Below are positions 38,795 through 48,186 of a stretch of DNA of 50,888 bases, piece by piece; position 1 is the stretch's first letter; each line of letters begins with the position of its first letter. The notes below the pieces were generated by a model, which was not told where the DNA came from, did not search any database, and was given only the letters and a program-made list of their open reading frames with translations. The translations under genes and the position numbers were made by a program. The stretch comes from a bacterium (GTDB lineage: Bacteria > CLD3 > SB21), in contig JABWCP010000008.1 in NCBI GenBank assembly GCA_013360215.1, positions 124,001-174,888 of the forward strand, given 5' to 3'.

Positions 38795-38964
38795 TTTCTA
38801 TAGACTCATTCACGCTATCACTTACCTAACGCACCGCTTACTACTAAATATATATCACATCGTTTCTTACCGAACACTCTGCTACCCTATCATAGCCTAT
38901 CAAAATACTTCGACCATATTGAAAAAAAACAGCTTGACTCTTCAATTGTATTTTGTTTTATTAA

Positions 38965-38987
38965 CAAAGTACTTTGCATCACAAAGT
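38965..38987. promoter_or_regulatory. Putative operator of the wHTH operon
   Basis: ACTTTG-catca-CAAAGT (38971-38987) overlaps the palindrome CAAAGTACTTTG, about 20 nt before the ATG and downstream of TTGACT. Confidence 0.65.
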
Positions 38988-39006
38988 TAATAAATAAGGT
39001 TTTACA

Positions 39007-39615
39007 ATGAATAAATCCAACGCAAAAGAACAACTTGATTACATCCAGACCGTATTGGATCGGGCCACTGTTTATACCAATATCTCAGGCTGGTCAGCCA
39101 TTTCGGTAGGCATTTTGGGCACGATCGCAGGCTTTTACTCGGAATGGGCGCTCAAAGGATCGCTGGACTACCAAACTTATATCGCATCGTTGGTTGGGTG
39201 TTGGAGTTTTTGTTTTATCGCTTCGATCGCATTAGCTGTATTTTTTTCAGCCCGACGCGCAAAGCGTATGAATGAAAAAATCTGGGTCGAACCGATCAAA
39301 CAAGCCGTACGGCATTTTTCAGTATTCGTTTTTATCGGCGGCGTGCAAACTGCGGCTTGTACATTCTATCATGCATATTATTTGATCCCGTCGGTTTGGA
39401 TGCTCTGCTACGGAGGCGGCATCATTGTCGGCGGATTGTATTCCGTCAAAGAAATTCGAATCCTCGGATTATTTTTCCTAGCCGCCGGAAGTATTGCTCT
39501 TTTTTCACCGGTTTGGAATCAAATCGCATTGATGAGCACCTTCGGTTTCGGTCATATTATTCTGGGACTGATCATTCTGAAAAAGTATAACCAACCGTTA
39601 CCGCACAAGTCTTAG
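39007..39615 (+). CDS. Conserved-type membrane protein (about 6 TM) preceding a wHTH regulator
   Basis: ISGWSAISVG, WMLCYG and FGFGHIILG; hydrophobic. Confidence 0.8.
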   Translation: MNKSNAKEQLDYIQTVLDRATVYTNISGWSAISVGILGTIAGFYSEWALKGSLDYQTYIASLVGCWSFCFIASIALAVFFSARRAKRMNEKIWVEPIKQAVRHFSVFVFIGGVQTAACTFYHAYYLIPSVWMLCYGGGIIVGGLYSVKEIRILGLFFLAAGSIALFSPVWNQIALMSTFGFGHIILGLIILKKYNQPLPHKS

Positions 39616-39629
39616 CGACGAAACACTTT

Positions 39630-39923
39630 ATGAAAACTGAAATTCATCATATTGACGAAGTCATTCACCAAAAAGTGCGACTTGGTATTATGACCATTTT
39701 GGCTGCACGGCGCGATGCGGATTTTACGGAGCTCAAACAAGAATTAACGCTTTCGGACGGCAATCTCAGTACCCACCTGTCATTGCTTGAAAAACATCAC
39801 TACATCACCATTCAGAAACAGTTTAGCGGAAGGAAACCTCAGACAACCATTGCTATAACGGAAATCGGTAAAACGGCTTTAAAAAATTACCTTACCATTT
39901 TACGAAAGATCATCGAATCATGA
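39630..39923 (+). CDS. Winged-helix transcriptional regulator (HTH_34 / ArsR-MarR-like)
   Basis: IHQKVRLGIM, DFTELK..L.LSDGNLSTHL, K.F.GRKP.T. Confidence 0.92.
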   Translation: MKTEIHHIDEVIHQKVRLGIMTILAARRDADFTELKQELTLSDGNLSTHLSLLEKHHYITIQKQFSGRKPQTTIAITEIGKTALKNYLTILRKIIES

Positions 39924-40345
39924 ATCATCGCATTTCCCGGATCAGCATCTTTCACAAGGTGCCAAGCCGCCTTCAGTGGTTGATCGCATATGTTGGATTT
40001 CTAGCGCTCGTTAGCGTTTCAGCGTATAGTTATGGTTTGCCTCGTTGGCTTGATATCATTCCTTTTTATGATACTATCGGTCACTTTGTGCTTATGGGCA
40101 TTTTGGGAATTCTCACCTTGCTGGTTTTACGACGCACTATTCGCATAAAATTAGACATTAGCGTAGCTCTCGCTCCGATAGTGATCAGCCTTATTTCTAT
40201 TGCAGACGAATATCTACAAAAACTATCCCCGCATCGGACGTTTAGTTACCTCGACATGGCGGCCAATCTGATCGGTATCTGGACTTTTTATTTCATCTAT
40301 CGCTTTTATGCCAAAAGTAAACGTGTAAAGGAGGAATCGTTATGA
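39920..40345 (+). CDS. VanZ-like membrane protein
   Basis: DTIGHF, DEYLQ...RTFS..D..AN..G. Confidence 0.85.
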   Translation: MNHRISRISIFHKVPSRLQWLIAYVGFLALVSVSAYSYGLPRWLDIIPFYDTIGHFVLMGILGILTLLVLRRTIRIKLDISVALAPIVISLISIADEYLQKLSPHRTFSYLDMAANLIGIWTFYFIYRFYAKSKRVKEESL

Positions 40346-41634
40346 CTACGCCGCGTTTGTTTGCAATAATGGGTATTTTTTTCTGCACGATGATCGCCTG
40401 GTTTATTTTAGCGGGCAGTATTTCGTTTCGTACCGATGAAAAAAGATTGAGCTTCGGTCCGCGTATGGCCTCGCACTGGGGCGGTGTGCACAAACAAGAA
40501 ACACCCCAATTGTTTTATCATGTCAAAGAATGGGCGGTCACCAAAGAGACCAGTACCAATGCCGCCGGTGCCAGCGTGACGGTAGAAAAAAGTTCGGAGG
40601 TGGATGTCAAAAAAAATATCGAATGCGGTAAAACACAAATTAACGCTGATTTTGAAGTTGATTACCGGCAAAAAGGCCTCTTGTGGTACAGCGTGTATAA
40701 AGTACGTTTTTCCGGTTTATACACATTTACCAATCCATCCGCTAAAGAAGAAGATGTAACGATTGACTTTACTTTTCCCGCCGCTCAGGCGATCTATGAC
40801 GATTTCGTTTTCCAATGGGATGGCCAAGAGCTGTTAAAAACAGAAACCATTCGCGAATCTTCCGATGATCCTTATCGTCAAGACAGCAAACCGGGTTCTT
40901 TACGTGCGAATATTAAGATGAAACCGGGTCAGATCGCTGTTTTAAAAGTAGGTTATACTTCCCAAGGAACCGGGACATGGGAATACAGTGTCGGCGAAGG
41001 CACCAAACGGGTTACGGATTTTCAATTGACTGCACAGACGCATTTCAAAGAATTTGATATTCCGGAATTTAGTATTTCTCCCGGCACTAAGACTGAAACG
41101 GCAGACGGTTGGTCATTAGTTTGGCAGTACAAAGACATCATCTCCGACGTTCGTATCGGTCTCGGTATGCCTAAAAAATTAGACCCCGGACCGGTAGCCG
41201 AACGCATCAGTTTTTTTGCTCCGGTATCGTTACTATTTTTCTTCTGCATTCTTATTATTATCGGAGCGATACGTGATGTGCGAATGCATCCGATGAATTA
41301 TTTTTTCCTCGCGGCCGCCTTTTTTTCGTTTCATCTGCTTTTCGCGTATCTCGTGGATCATCTGGCACTTGAACTTTCATTTGCGATTTCATCCATTGTC
41401 TCCGTCACACTCGTCGCCGCTTATATGCGCCTTGTAACCTCGTGGCCTTATACCGTACGTGTGGTGATGCCTACGCAAGTGATTTATCTGATCCTATTTT
41501 CCTATAGTTTCTTTTTCGAAGGCTACACCGGACTCACGATCACGATCGGTGCTATCGTAACGCTTTTTATTCTTATGCAGATGACAGGTAAAACGGATTG
41601 GAATGCTATTTTCAAAAAAGATATCAAATCATAA
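40342..41634 (+). CDS. Inner-membrane CreD-family protein
   Basis: N-terminal TM, large periplasmic domain, MHPMNY, FHLLFAYLVDH, six C-terminal TMs ending TGKTDW. Confidence 0.75.
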   Translation: MTTPRLFAIMGIFFCTMIAWFILAGSISFRTDEKRLSFGPRMASHWGGVHKQETPQLFYHVKEWAVTKETSTNAAGASVTVEKSSEVDVKKNIECGKTQINADFEVDYRQKGLLWYSVYKVRFSGLYTFTNPSAKEEDVTIDFTFPAAQAIYDDFVFQWDGQELLKTETIRESSDDPYRQDSKPGSLRANIKMKPGQIAVLKVGYTSQGTGTWEYSVGEGTKRVTDFQLTAQTHFKEFDIPEFSISPGTKTETADGWSLVWQYKDIISDVRIGLGMPKKLDPGPVAERISFFAPVSLLFFFCILIIIGAIRDVRMHPMNYFFLAAAFFSFHLLFAYLVDHLALELSFAISSIVSVTLVAAYMRLVTSWPYTVRVVMPTQVIYLILFSYSFFFEGYTGLTITIGAIVTLFILMQMTGKTDWNAIFKKDIKS

Positions 41635-41655
41635 AAATCGTATTTAGCAAAAAAC

Positions 41656-41689
41656 AAAAAACGCCGCTCCTATTCGGGCGGCGTTTTTT
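41656..41689. terminator. Bidirectional rho-independent terminator
   Basis: AAAAAACGCCGCTC-ctattc-GGGCGGCGTTTTTT between convergent genes. Confidence 0.9.
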
Positions 41690-41708
41690 ATTGCTCGAAA
41701 ATCTATGA

Positions 41709-42641
41709 TTAGCGAAGTGTCAAACCAACGCCAAGGGTCGCTGATTTATATTTACCAAATCCTAACTCACCATTAACATTGAATAACCACATCAAACGAA
41801 CGTTCGCACCGACAATGCCTCGCATGCTATTTTTGCCGCTTTGAGAAAATTCTACCGTTTGACCACCAATATCATTTCCGTTCTCATCTTTAACACCAGA
41901 AGCAGCTTCATACTTAACATCCATTGATGACGATTCTACACCGACACCGCCATATACGCCGATTTTGAGAATCAACAAATTAAAGCTTTTTCCTCCAAGA
42001 ACGTCAAATGATTTTGCACTGGCTTTGAAAACGTCGCCGATAGAAAGTTTCTGATAAAAAACACCTGCGGCCAAATCAAGAGGAATAGGTAACGGAATCC
42101 ATTGGTTCAAATTGTGTTTAGCGCCCAAACCAAACAAACCAACTTTACCTACTTTACCGGCAGAAACAGCAGGCACATAGCGTAAAATAACATCTGTTTT
42201 AAAAGGAACTCCGACAGTCAATTGCGGTGCGACAAAAAAGCCACTAGCGCCACCGGGAACTCCGGCGCCACCGGGTAGTTCAATATCTCCTCCGATACCG
42301 GTAAAAACCGTTTTGGACTTAGGGCCGATCGCTGTACTCGCTTTTCCACTGGTATATCCGGGAGGTAATACAGGTGTATAAGTCTCTTCAGACTTGGGAG
42401 CAAATGCGGAAGCAATTACCAATTGGAAATCAAATCCGAGTACGCTGTGTGTTTCCGGTGAGCGGAAAATACCGCTATTCATCGCTACACCAAAACCTGA
42501 AACGAGTGGGCGCATATAAGACTTGGCATTGGTTTCAGCCATAGCCTTTATCTTTTCTTCCAGATCATCGCCCGCCATGGCACGTTCAGTCGTAACGGTT
42601 AAAATCAAACCTGCAAGCATCAGTCGCAAAAATGACTTCAT
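41709..42641 (-). CDS. Secreted / outer-membrane beta-barrel-like protein (DUF6588-like)
   Basis: Signal peptide, YMRPLVSGFGVAMNSG, PQLTVG...LRYVP, GLGAKH and a terminal amphipathic beta-strand; ATG 42641 with AAGGAG RBS. Confidence 0.7.
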   Translation of the reverse strand: MKSFLRLMLAGLILTVTTERAMAGDDLEEKIKAMAETNAKSYMRPLVSGFGVAMNSGIFRSPETHSVLGFDFQLVIASAFAPKSEETYTPVLPPGYTSGKASTAIGPKSKTVFTGIGGDIELPGGAGVPGGASGFFVAPQLTVGVPFKTDVILRYVPAVSAGKVGKVGLFGLGAKHNLNQWIPLPIPLDLAAGVFYQKLSIGDVFKASAKSFDVLGGKSFNLLILKIGVYGGVGVESSSMDVKYEAASGVKDENGNDIGGQTVEFSQSGKNSMRGIVGANVRLMWLFNVNGELGFGKYKSATLGVGLTLR

Positions 42642-42761
42642 GTCTCTCTCCTTCAAGTAATTTAGTGAAAAATGAAAATCTTTAGGTTAATGAGAAGCGT
42701 GTACAAATTTAACTGTAACTTTGCGTAATTGCAATACGCATGATTGCTGAGAAGATAAATA

Positions 42762-42878
42762 GTCAACTAGCGTGCCAAATTACCGAAATCGAAAAAACAA
42801 CAAGTTAATTATGATATAAAAACAAAGCGTCGCATATATGCGATTATTCACAGAAAACATGCGTCGCTAAAACGCTAC
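42762..42878 (-). promoter_or_regulatory. Putative sigma54 promoter with IHF-like site and upstream activator sequences
   Basis: TGGCACG-ctag-TTGAC (42777-42762); IHF-like AAACAA-caag-TTA near 42795-42807; palindrome TCGCATATATGCGA (42830-42843); related GCGTCGCTAAAACGCTAC (42861-42878). Confidence 0.6.
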
Positions 42879-43588
42879 TTTTTTCGAGCCACAATGATAG
42901 CCGAACTGCCAAAACTCAGGAGATGGGCCGTTTTGATTTCATATTCAAAACGTACGAGTGACTCTTGCCATTTTTCAAACCAGTTGGAATTTTGTATGAG
43001 TGAGGTTAACCCACCGTCAAAAACTTCATGCCATTCAGGAAAAAATCGCATGCCAACAAAATTCATCGCGCGGTTATATTTCCGCCAAATGGCGCGCGCT
43101 ACCGAGTTGGGTGGATAATAAAAATCATGCACAGCGATTACGCCTGATGATTTGAGGTGCGGATTTATATTGGAAAGCAAAATTTCGGGATCAACATATT
43201 TGGGGATGTACGACGAAATAACGGCATCAAAAATTCCCTCAAGTTTTACATCTTCCGCATTACCGAGTAAAAACGAAGCCCGAAGGTTTTTTGATCGGAT
43301 ACGACGCTCATACATTTTCAAATAATCATCTGTAATATCCACCCCGACAATGTCGGCATCCGGACATCGTTTGGCAATTCCCTCCGTCACGATACCTGTT
43401 CCACAGGCCAGATCTAAAACGCGGCGACTGTCCTTGGGTATGTGTCGTAACAACATCCGCTTCCAGTGATAATCCAAACCTAAAGTAAATCCGTGTACGA
43501 CACGATCATAAGAATGACCGGTCCCCGGAAAAAAAGAACGGATGATGGATGAGCGGTTTTTTATAGTATCCCTTCCAACATCCTTCAT
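42875..43588 (-). CDS. Class I SAM-dependent methyltransferase (UbiE/MenG-like)
   Basis: YDRVV...GLD..W, VLDLACGTG and GVDI. Confidence 0.85.
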   Translation of the reverse strand: MKDVGRDTIKNRSSIIRSFFPGTGHSYDRVVHGFTLGLDYHWKRMLLRHIPKDSRRVLDLACGTGIVTEGIAKRCPDADIVGVDITDDYLKMYERRIRSKNLRASFLLGNAEDVKLEGIFDAVISSYIPKYVDPEILLSNINPHLKSSGVIAVHDFYYPPNSVARAIWRKYNRAMNFVGMRFFPEWHEVFDGGLTSLIQNSNWFEKWQESLVRFEYEIKTAHLLSFGSSAIIVARKK

Positions 43589-43623
43589 CCGTGTGTTCCT
43601 TAGATCAGAATTATATTTGTTTT

Positions 43624-44109
43624 TTATTTCTTCTTAAAATCCAGCGAAAGTGAATTGATACAATAACGCAATCCTGTCGGATCCGGTCCGTCTTCAAACA
43701 CATGACCGAGATGCCCACCGCAGCGTGCACAGTGCACCTCTACACGATGCATCCCGTAGGAGGTGTCCTGCGTTTCCGATACAGCTTCTTTGCCTGCCGG
43801 TTGATAAAAACTGGGCCACCCGCTTCCTGAATCGTATTTGGTTTGCGAGTCAAAAAGCTCCAATCCGCAAGCCGCACACACATACATACCTTTTTCATGG
43901 TGATCCCAATATTTTCCCGTAAATGCGCGCTCGGTTCCCTGCTGACGCAAGACTTTGTACTGATCCGGTGATAATTCTTTTTTCCACTCCTCTTCGCTTT
44001 TCACGATCTGATCCTTTCGGGTTGAGTTTTGTACCGCATGGGTTGACGGATGTTGTGCGTTGGAACACGCAGTCATCATGAGCCAAACTGCAAAAAGTAA
44101 CTTCTTCAT
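43624..44109 (-). CDS. msrB: Peptide-methionine (R)-S-oxide reductase with lipoprotein signal
   Basis: GTERAF, CAAC, SGWPSF, CARC, HLGHVF and RYCINS; N-terminal MMTAC lipobox. Confidence 0.96.
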   Translation of the reverse strand: MKKLLFAVWLMMTACSNAQHPSTHAVQNSTRKDQIVKSEEEWKKELSPDQYKVLRQQGTERAFTGKYWDHHEKGMYVCAACGLELFDSQTKYDSGSGWPSFYQPAGKEAVSETQDTSYGMHRVEVHCARCGGHLGHVFEDGPDPTGLRYCINSLSLDFKKK

Positions 44110-44212
44110 TCTTTTTTCTTTCGATGGTTTCTCGACTTAATCTAACACCGAGACGATTGCAATATTCCCATCCTATTGATTTTGTGATCCGTATCACACA
44201 CACTCAAGTGTA

Positions 44213-45493
44213 TCAGGGTTCGTTTTTATATATAACCCCATCTTTCATTACAAATACTACCTTACGCATCACAGCTATATTTTCCGTCGGATCCCCATCG
44301 ACGGCAATAAGATCAGCCATTTTTCCTTCTTCTATTGAACCTGTGATTTTTTCAACGCCCAAGAGCGTTGCCGACGCATACGTCGCTGCACGTAATGCAT
44401 CCGTCGGACTCATACCATACGCAGTCATCCGCTCGAGTTCCTGGGCATTAGTACCCGGTAATTCAAACGTATCCGTCCCGAAAACGATTTTGACGCCGGC
44501 TTTCAGCGCACGCTGAAACGAAAGTGTATGTTGTTTTACGGTGCGCGCCAGCTTGCGTTTGTTTTCATCCGACACAGGACTAAAGATAACACCGTCGCGC
44601 CACAATTCGTATACCATCAAAGTCGGTACATAATAGATATTCTTTTTCGCCATCCGCCGGCAGGTCTCATCACTAAGATAGAGACCGTGCTCAATCGAAT
44701 TGACACCGACAGCAATGGCCAGTCGCGCAGCCGTATCCGAATACACATGGGCCGCAACACGTAAACCGTTATGGTGCGCTTCATCCACAAGCACTCGTAA
44801 TTCGTCCGGCGTGTAGTGCATTGCTCCCGTCAGCGAATCCTTACTTGTTTCTCTTTTTTCATACGACTCCATATATACTTTGATCACATCCGCACCAAGT
44901 TTGGACAGACGTCGAATTTGTTTACGAATTTCATCCGCGCCGTCGGCATGAAATGCAATCAGAGGAAATTCATAATACGGCGAATAACCGACAAGATCGT
45001 ACGCACCCGTCGGAACAATAGGTTGAATGGCCGTTAATATCCGGGGACCGGGAACGATCTTTTTTTGGATAGCATCGCGCAACGCCACATCCGCCAAACC
45101 TGCGCCTTCGTTACCCAAATCACGAATTGTCGTTATGCCCGCCTCCAAAGTTTTCCGTGCCAATACGGTTCCGTACACCGCGCGGTATTCCGGAGTTTCA
45201 CGCAATATCTGTCCATCATAATCCCCGGGGTGCAAGACAATATGCGTGTGTGCGTCTATGAGACCGGGAAGTACTGTTTTTTCGCGTAAATCTATGATCT
45301 TACCGTTATACGATGGGCGAATATCGTCATTTACCCGAACGATTCGATCATTAAAAACGACAAGAAGCTTATTTTTTTGAATACGCGAACCGACCCCATC
45401 ATACAAACGCCCCGCTCTGATAAACAGTGTGTCCTGTTGCGCATGCAGCAACTGCATACTCAAAATGATCAACCCGATTAAAATTCGTCCCAT
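44213..45493 (-). CDS. Secreted metal-dependent amidohydrolase (Xaa-Pro dipeptidase-like)
   Basis: PGLIDAHTH, GITTIRDLG, SIEHG, FGTD and GKMADLIAVDGDP; signal peptide. Confidence 0.92.
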   Translation of the reverse strand: MGRILIGLIILSMQLLHAQQDTLFIRAGRLYDGVGSRIQKNKLLVVFNDRIVRVNDDIRPSYNGKIIDLREKTVLPGLIDAHTHIVLHPGDYDGQILRETPEYRAVYGTVLARKTLEAGITTIRDLGNEGAGLADVALRDAIQKKIVPGPRILTAIQPIVPTGAYDLVGYSPYYEFPLIAFHADGADEIRKQIRRLSKLGADVIKVYMESYEKRETSKDSLTGAMHYTPDELRVLVDEAHHNGLRVAAHVYSDTAARLAIAVGVNSIEHGLYLSDETCRRMAKKNIYYVPTLMVYELWRDGVIFSPVSDENKRKLARTVKQHTLSFQRALKAGVKIVFGTDTFELPGTNAQELERMTAYGMSPTDALRAATYASATLLGVEKITGSIEEGKMADLIAVDGDPTENIAVMRKVVFVMKDGVIYKNEP

Positions 45494-45551
45494 GACAAAT
45501 TCCTTTTCCGTTTTCTAAAATAGAATAGAGCGGAGATAATTTAAAATTTAT

Positions 45552-47753
45552 TTATTTGATAATCGCAAACTTAACTGATTTGGAACCTAAAGGCGATGAA
45601 ATAAGTGCGATGTACACACCGCTGGCAACAGAATAGTTGTTTTCATTCATGAGATCCCAATACTCCGAAGAAGTAAATCCCGCCGGTGCATCGTGCGGAT
45701 TCTTTGGATCAAATGAATCGCGATCATTAAACGAAGTCGCATTGTGAGTCAATGTCCTTACCAAGTCACCGGCTACCGTAAATATACGAATTGTACAGTT
45801 TTTCGGAAGTCCTGTAAAATAAACTCGCCTTCCTTTTTCATGCATAACATAAAAAGGATTAGGCACCACGTTAACAGTATTCAAGTCCTGTTTTGTCGTC
45901 GCCATGGCTTGCTTAGGTGTTACATGTTTGGGTTCTGTTCTTAAACCACCTTCGGTGCTTACAGGTAAAAGTATGGGCTTTTTTATATATTGCCCCACAT
46001 TTATGTCTATCGAATCCTGACCGAATATCTGAGGCTGTATGTCGTATGAGGTAACCTTATAAAAATACGTGAACCCGTTGATCACATTGGAATCTACATA
46101 AGCGTATTGTAAGCCGGTGTTTTTTCCTGCATACACCGAATGGTAATACCATTTTCCTTGCGAATCGAGTACTAACTCAGATACGTTCCCATAGCCGTCG
46201 ATCTTATCAAACTCCGCTAATTTCTCAAAAGAACCCTCCAGCCCCGTTCGGCTGCGATATACCCGATACCCCTGAAAATCATGAAGCACAAAATTATCAC
46301 TAAATCCATTACTCTGGCCAAACCCGCCGGCCAAGGCCATAGCATCTTCAGAACGCTCAGCAAGCGAATCCCATGTGACTTGCACAAAACCATCACCCGG
46401 CGTTACCTCAAATTCCGGCGCTTTCGGTGCTAATTTACCCTGCGTAAGTAAACCACGATACCCTGCCTGCATTAGCTCGTGACTTGAAAACAAATCATAC
46501 ACTGCATCGTAACGGTCTTTACCCATCCCTCCTACGATACTCACCCAAAATTCCTGTGCTATATTAGTATCCAATACAAAAGGCCCGCAACCCGCCAGCA
46601 TTCTTTTGTCGGCAGGTGATTTATCTGCTAATTGTGTCAATGACGGATACGCCCATCCATTTACAAGATAGTTTTGATTTATACCGTTCGGCGCTAGCCC
46701 CGTCAATGCATTATAGCGGACTGTATTAGAATACTCACCCCCCGCTTTCCACACATAGTTTCCTGTTGTCATGCCCAAAAGGATGCTGTCACCCTGCAAG
46801 ATTCTTTGTTTGTATTGTTGATCCGACGGGTCAAAAACAAGTATTCTTTTATTGTCTGCATACTTTTGAGCATGTAGAGGTTTCGCTTTTGATGCACTTA
46901 TAGCTGCTCCCTGGAGTATACTAATGCCAACCGCCTTGGGGCTGTCGGTCTCATCTACATTGTATGTATATACTATTTCTTTCGTCGAATCAGTGCCGAC
47001 GAGATCATTGCCCGCAATATCCACATCCGCATCCATCCATAAACCGAAATAAGCCGAATCGTAGGCGGCATTAGTTTTATTCCTGACCGTGTATTTGAGT
47101 AGTACTGAATTTTCAAACACCGGAAGGTTATAGGCAAAAGATTCCAATATAACTTCAAGACCAAGCCCTGGGTCTGGACTGGGGTCTTGGTCTAAACTAG
47201 TATCCAGATCATTGAATACGGCCCATGTCTGTACATCCGCTAATAATGCAGGTGTTCCGTCTAAATTATGATCCGCTAAGTCAGTCCAGTTATCCCAGTC
47301 ATGACCCGAGCGGGACTGATCAATCACATAAACCTGATTATCCGGGTGATTGACCGAATCGGCAACCAACTGATCAAAAGGAACACCCGAATTAAGTATC
47401 CGGCCCGGCTGATATTCGGTACCAAACATCGTTTCGCTTACAACCGGTACACCGTTCTTGATAGCACCAATCCATGCGCCGGCGGCAAATACGATCGTCA
47501 CCCGACTCCCGCGAGGAAACTCTCCGCCGGCATGATTACCGTTTTGATCAGCATCCGGTGAATCGTACATCAATGAACCTTGATTGCGCATCACATAACG
47601 CCAGTTACCGCCGTCAATAAACTTCAAATCAACAATATCCGGCTTACGGAGTTTGAGTTTGAGACGCGTTTGAGCATCAATACCGGTGTAGGCAAGCTCT
47701 ATAGACAGGCCGACGCATAGACAAAAGATAACCATAAAGAATACAAATCGCAT
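45552..47753 (-). CDS. Large secreted protein with Fn3-like region and T9SS-like C-terminal domain
   Basis: Signal peptide; FQGYRVYRS...YFYKVTSYD; tail VVPNPF...IRIFTVAGDLVRTL...WD...ASGVY...KFAIIK. Confidence 0.75.
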   Translation of the reverse strand: MRFVFFMVIFCLCVGLSIELAYTGIDAQTRLKLKLRKPDIVDLKFIDGGNWRYVMRNQGSLMYDSPDADQNGNHAGGEFPRGSRVTIVFAAGAWIGAIKNGVPVVSETMFGTEYQPGRILNSGVPFDQLVADSVNHPDNQVYVIDQSRSGHDWDNWTDLADHNLDGTPALLADVQTWAVFNDLDTSLDQDPSPDPGLGLEVILESFAYNLPVFENSVLLKYTVRNKTNAAYDSAYFGLWMDADVDIAGNDLVGTDSTKEIVYTYNVDETDSPKAVGISILQGAAISASKAKPLHAQKYADNKRILVFDPSDQQYKQRILQGDSILLGMTTGNYVWKAGGEYSNTVRYNALTGLAPNGINQNYLVNGWAYPSLTQLADKSPADKRMLAGCGPFVLDTNIAQEFWVSIVGGMGKDRYDAVYDLFSSHELMQAGYRGLLTQGKLAPKAPEFEVTPGDGFVQVTWDSLAERSEDAMALAGGFGQSNGFSDNFVLHDFQGYRVYRSRTGLEGSFEKLAEFDKIDGYGNVSELVLDSQGKWYYHSVYAGKNTGLQYAYVDSNVINGFTYFYKVTSYDIQPQIFGQDSIDINVGQYIKKPILLPVSTEGGLRTEPKHVTPKQAMATTKQDLNTVNVVPNPFYVMHEKGRRVYFTGLPKNCTIRIFTVAGDLVRTLTHNATSFNDRDSFDPKNPHDAPAGFTSSEYWDLMNENNYSVASGVYIALISSPLGSKSVKFAIIK

Positions 47754-48186
47754 ACTTCACCTCTCATTAAGATAGATACAGGTATTAAGTACAGATTTGC
47801 ATTGAAATCTTACAAACAAATTCATTTTTTTGTTTTTAGGAGGCCGGTTGCAAAATACTGATAGCAATCTATCAAAAAAATCATTCGTTTCTTTTATGTG
47901 GCTTTGTAGTGATATTCTCTCGACTATGTCTTAGATACCAATAAAGCGGTCAATTGTATCTGCATATTTAGTGAATTTCGCTTTTTTTCTGTATGTCGCC
48001 CATTAACTCGTACCACATCTATTAACACTTGTTAGTTTCGGCTGTAGGATGAGGTCGCTGAGAACGTCGTATGATTCGTCAATTGGGACATACTTATTAC
48101 AATGACCTTGATTTTTTTAGAAGTATGAATAAATTACGTACACCTTTCTCAAGTGATCGTATAGCAAAATTTTCAAAGGAATATGT

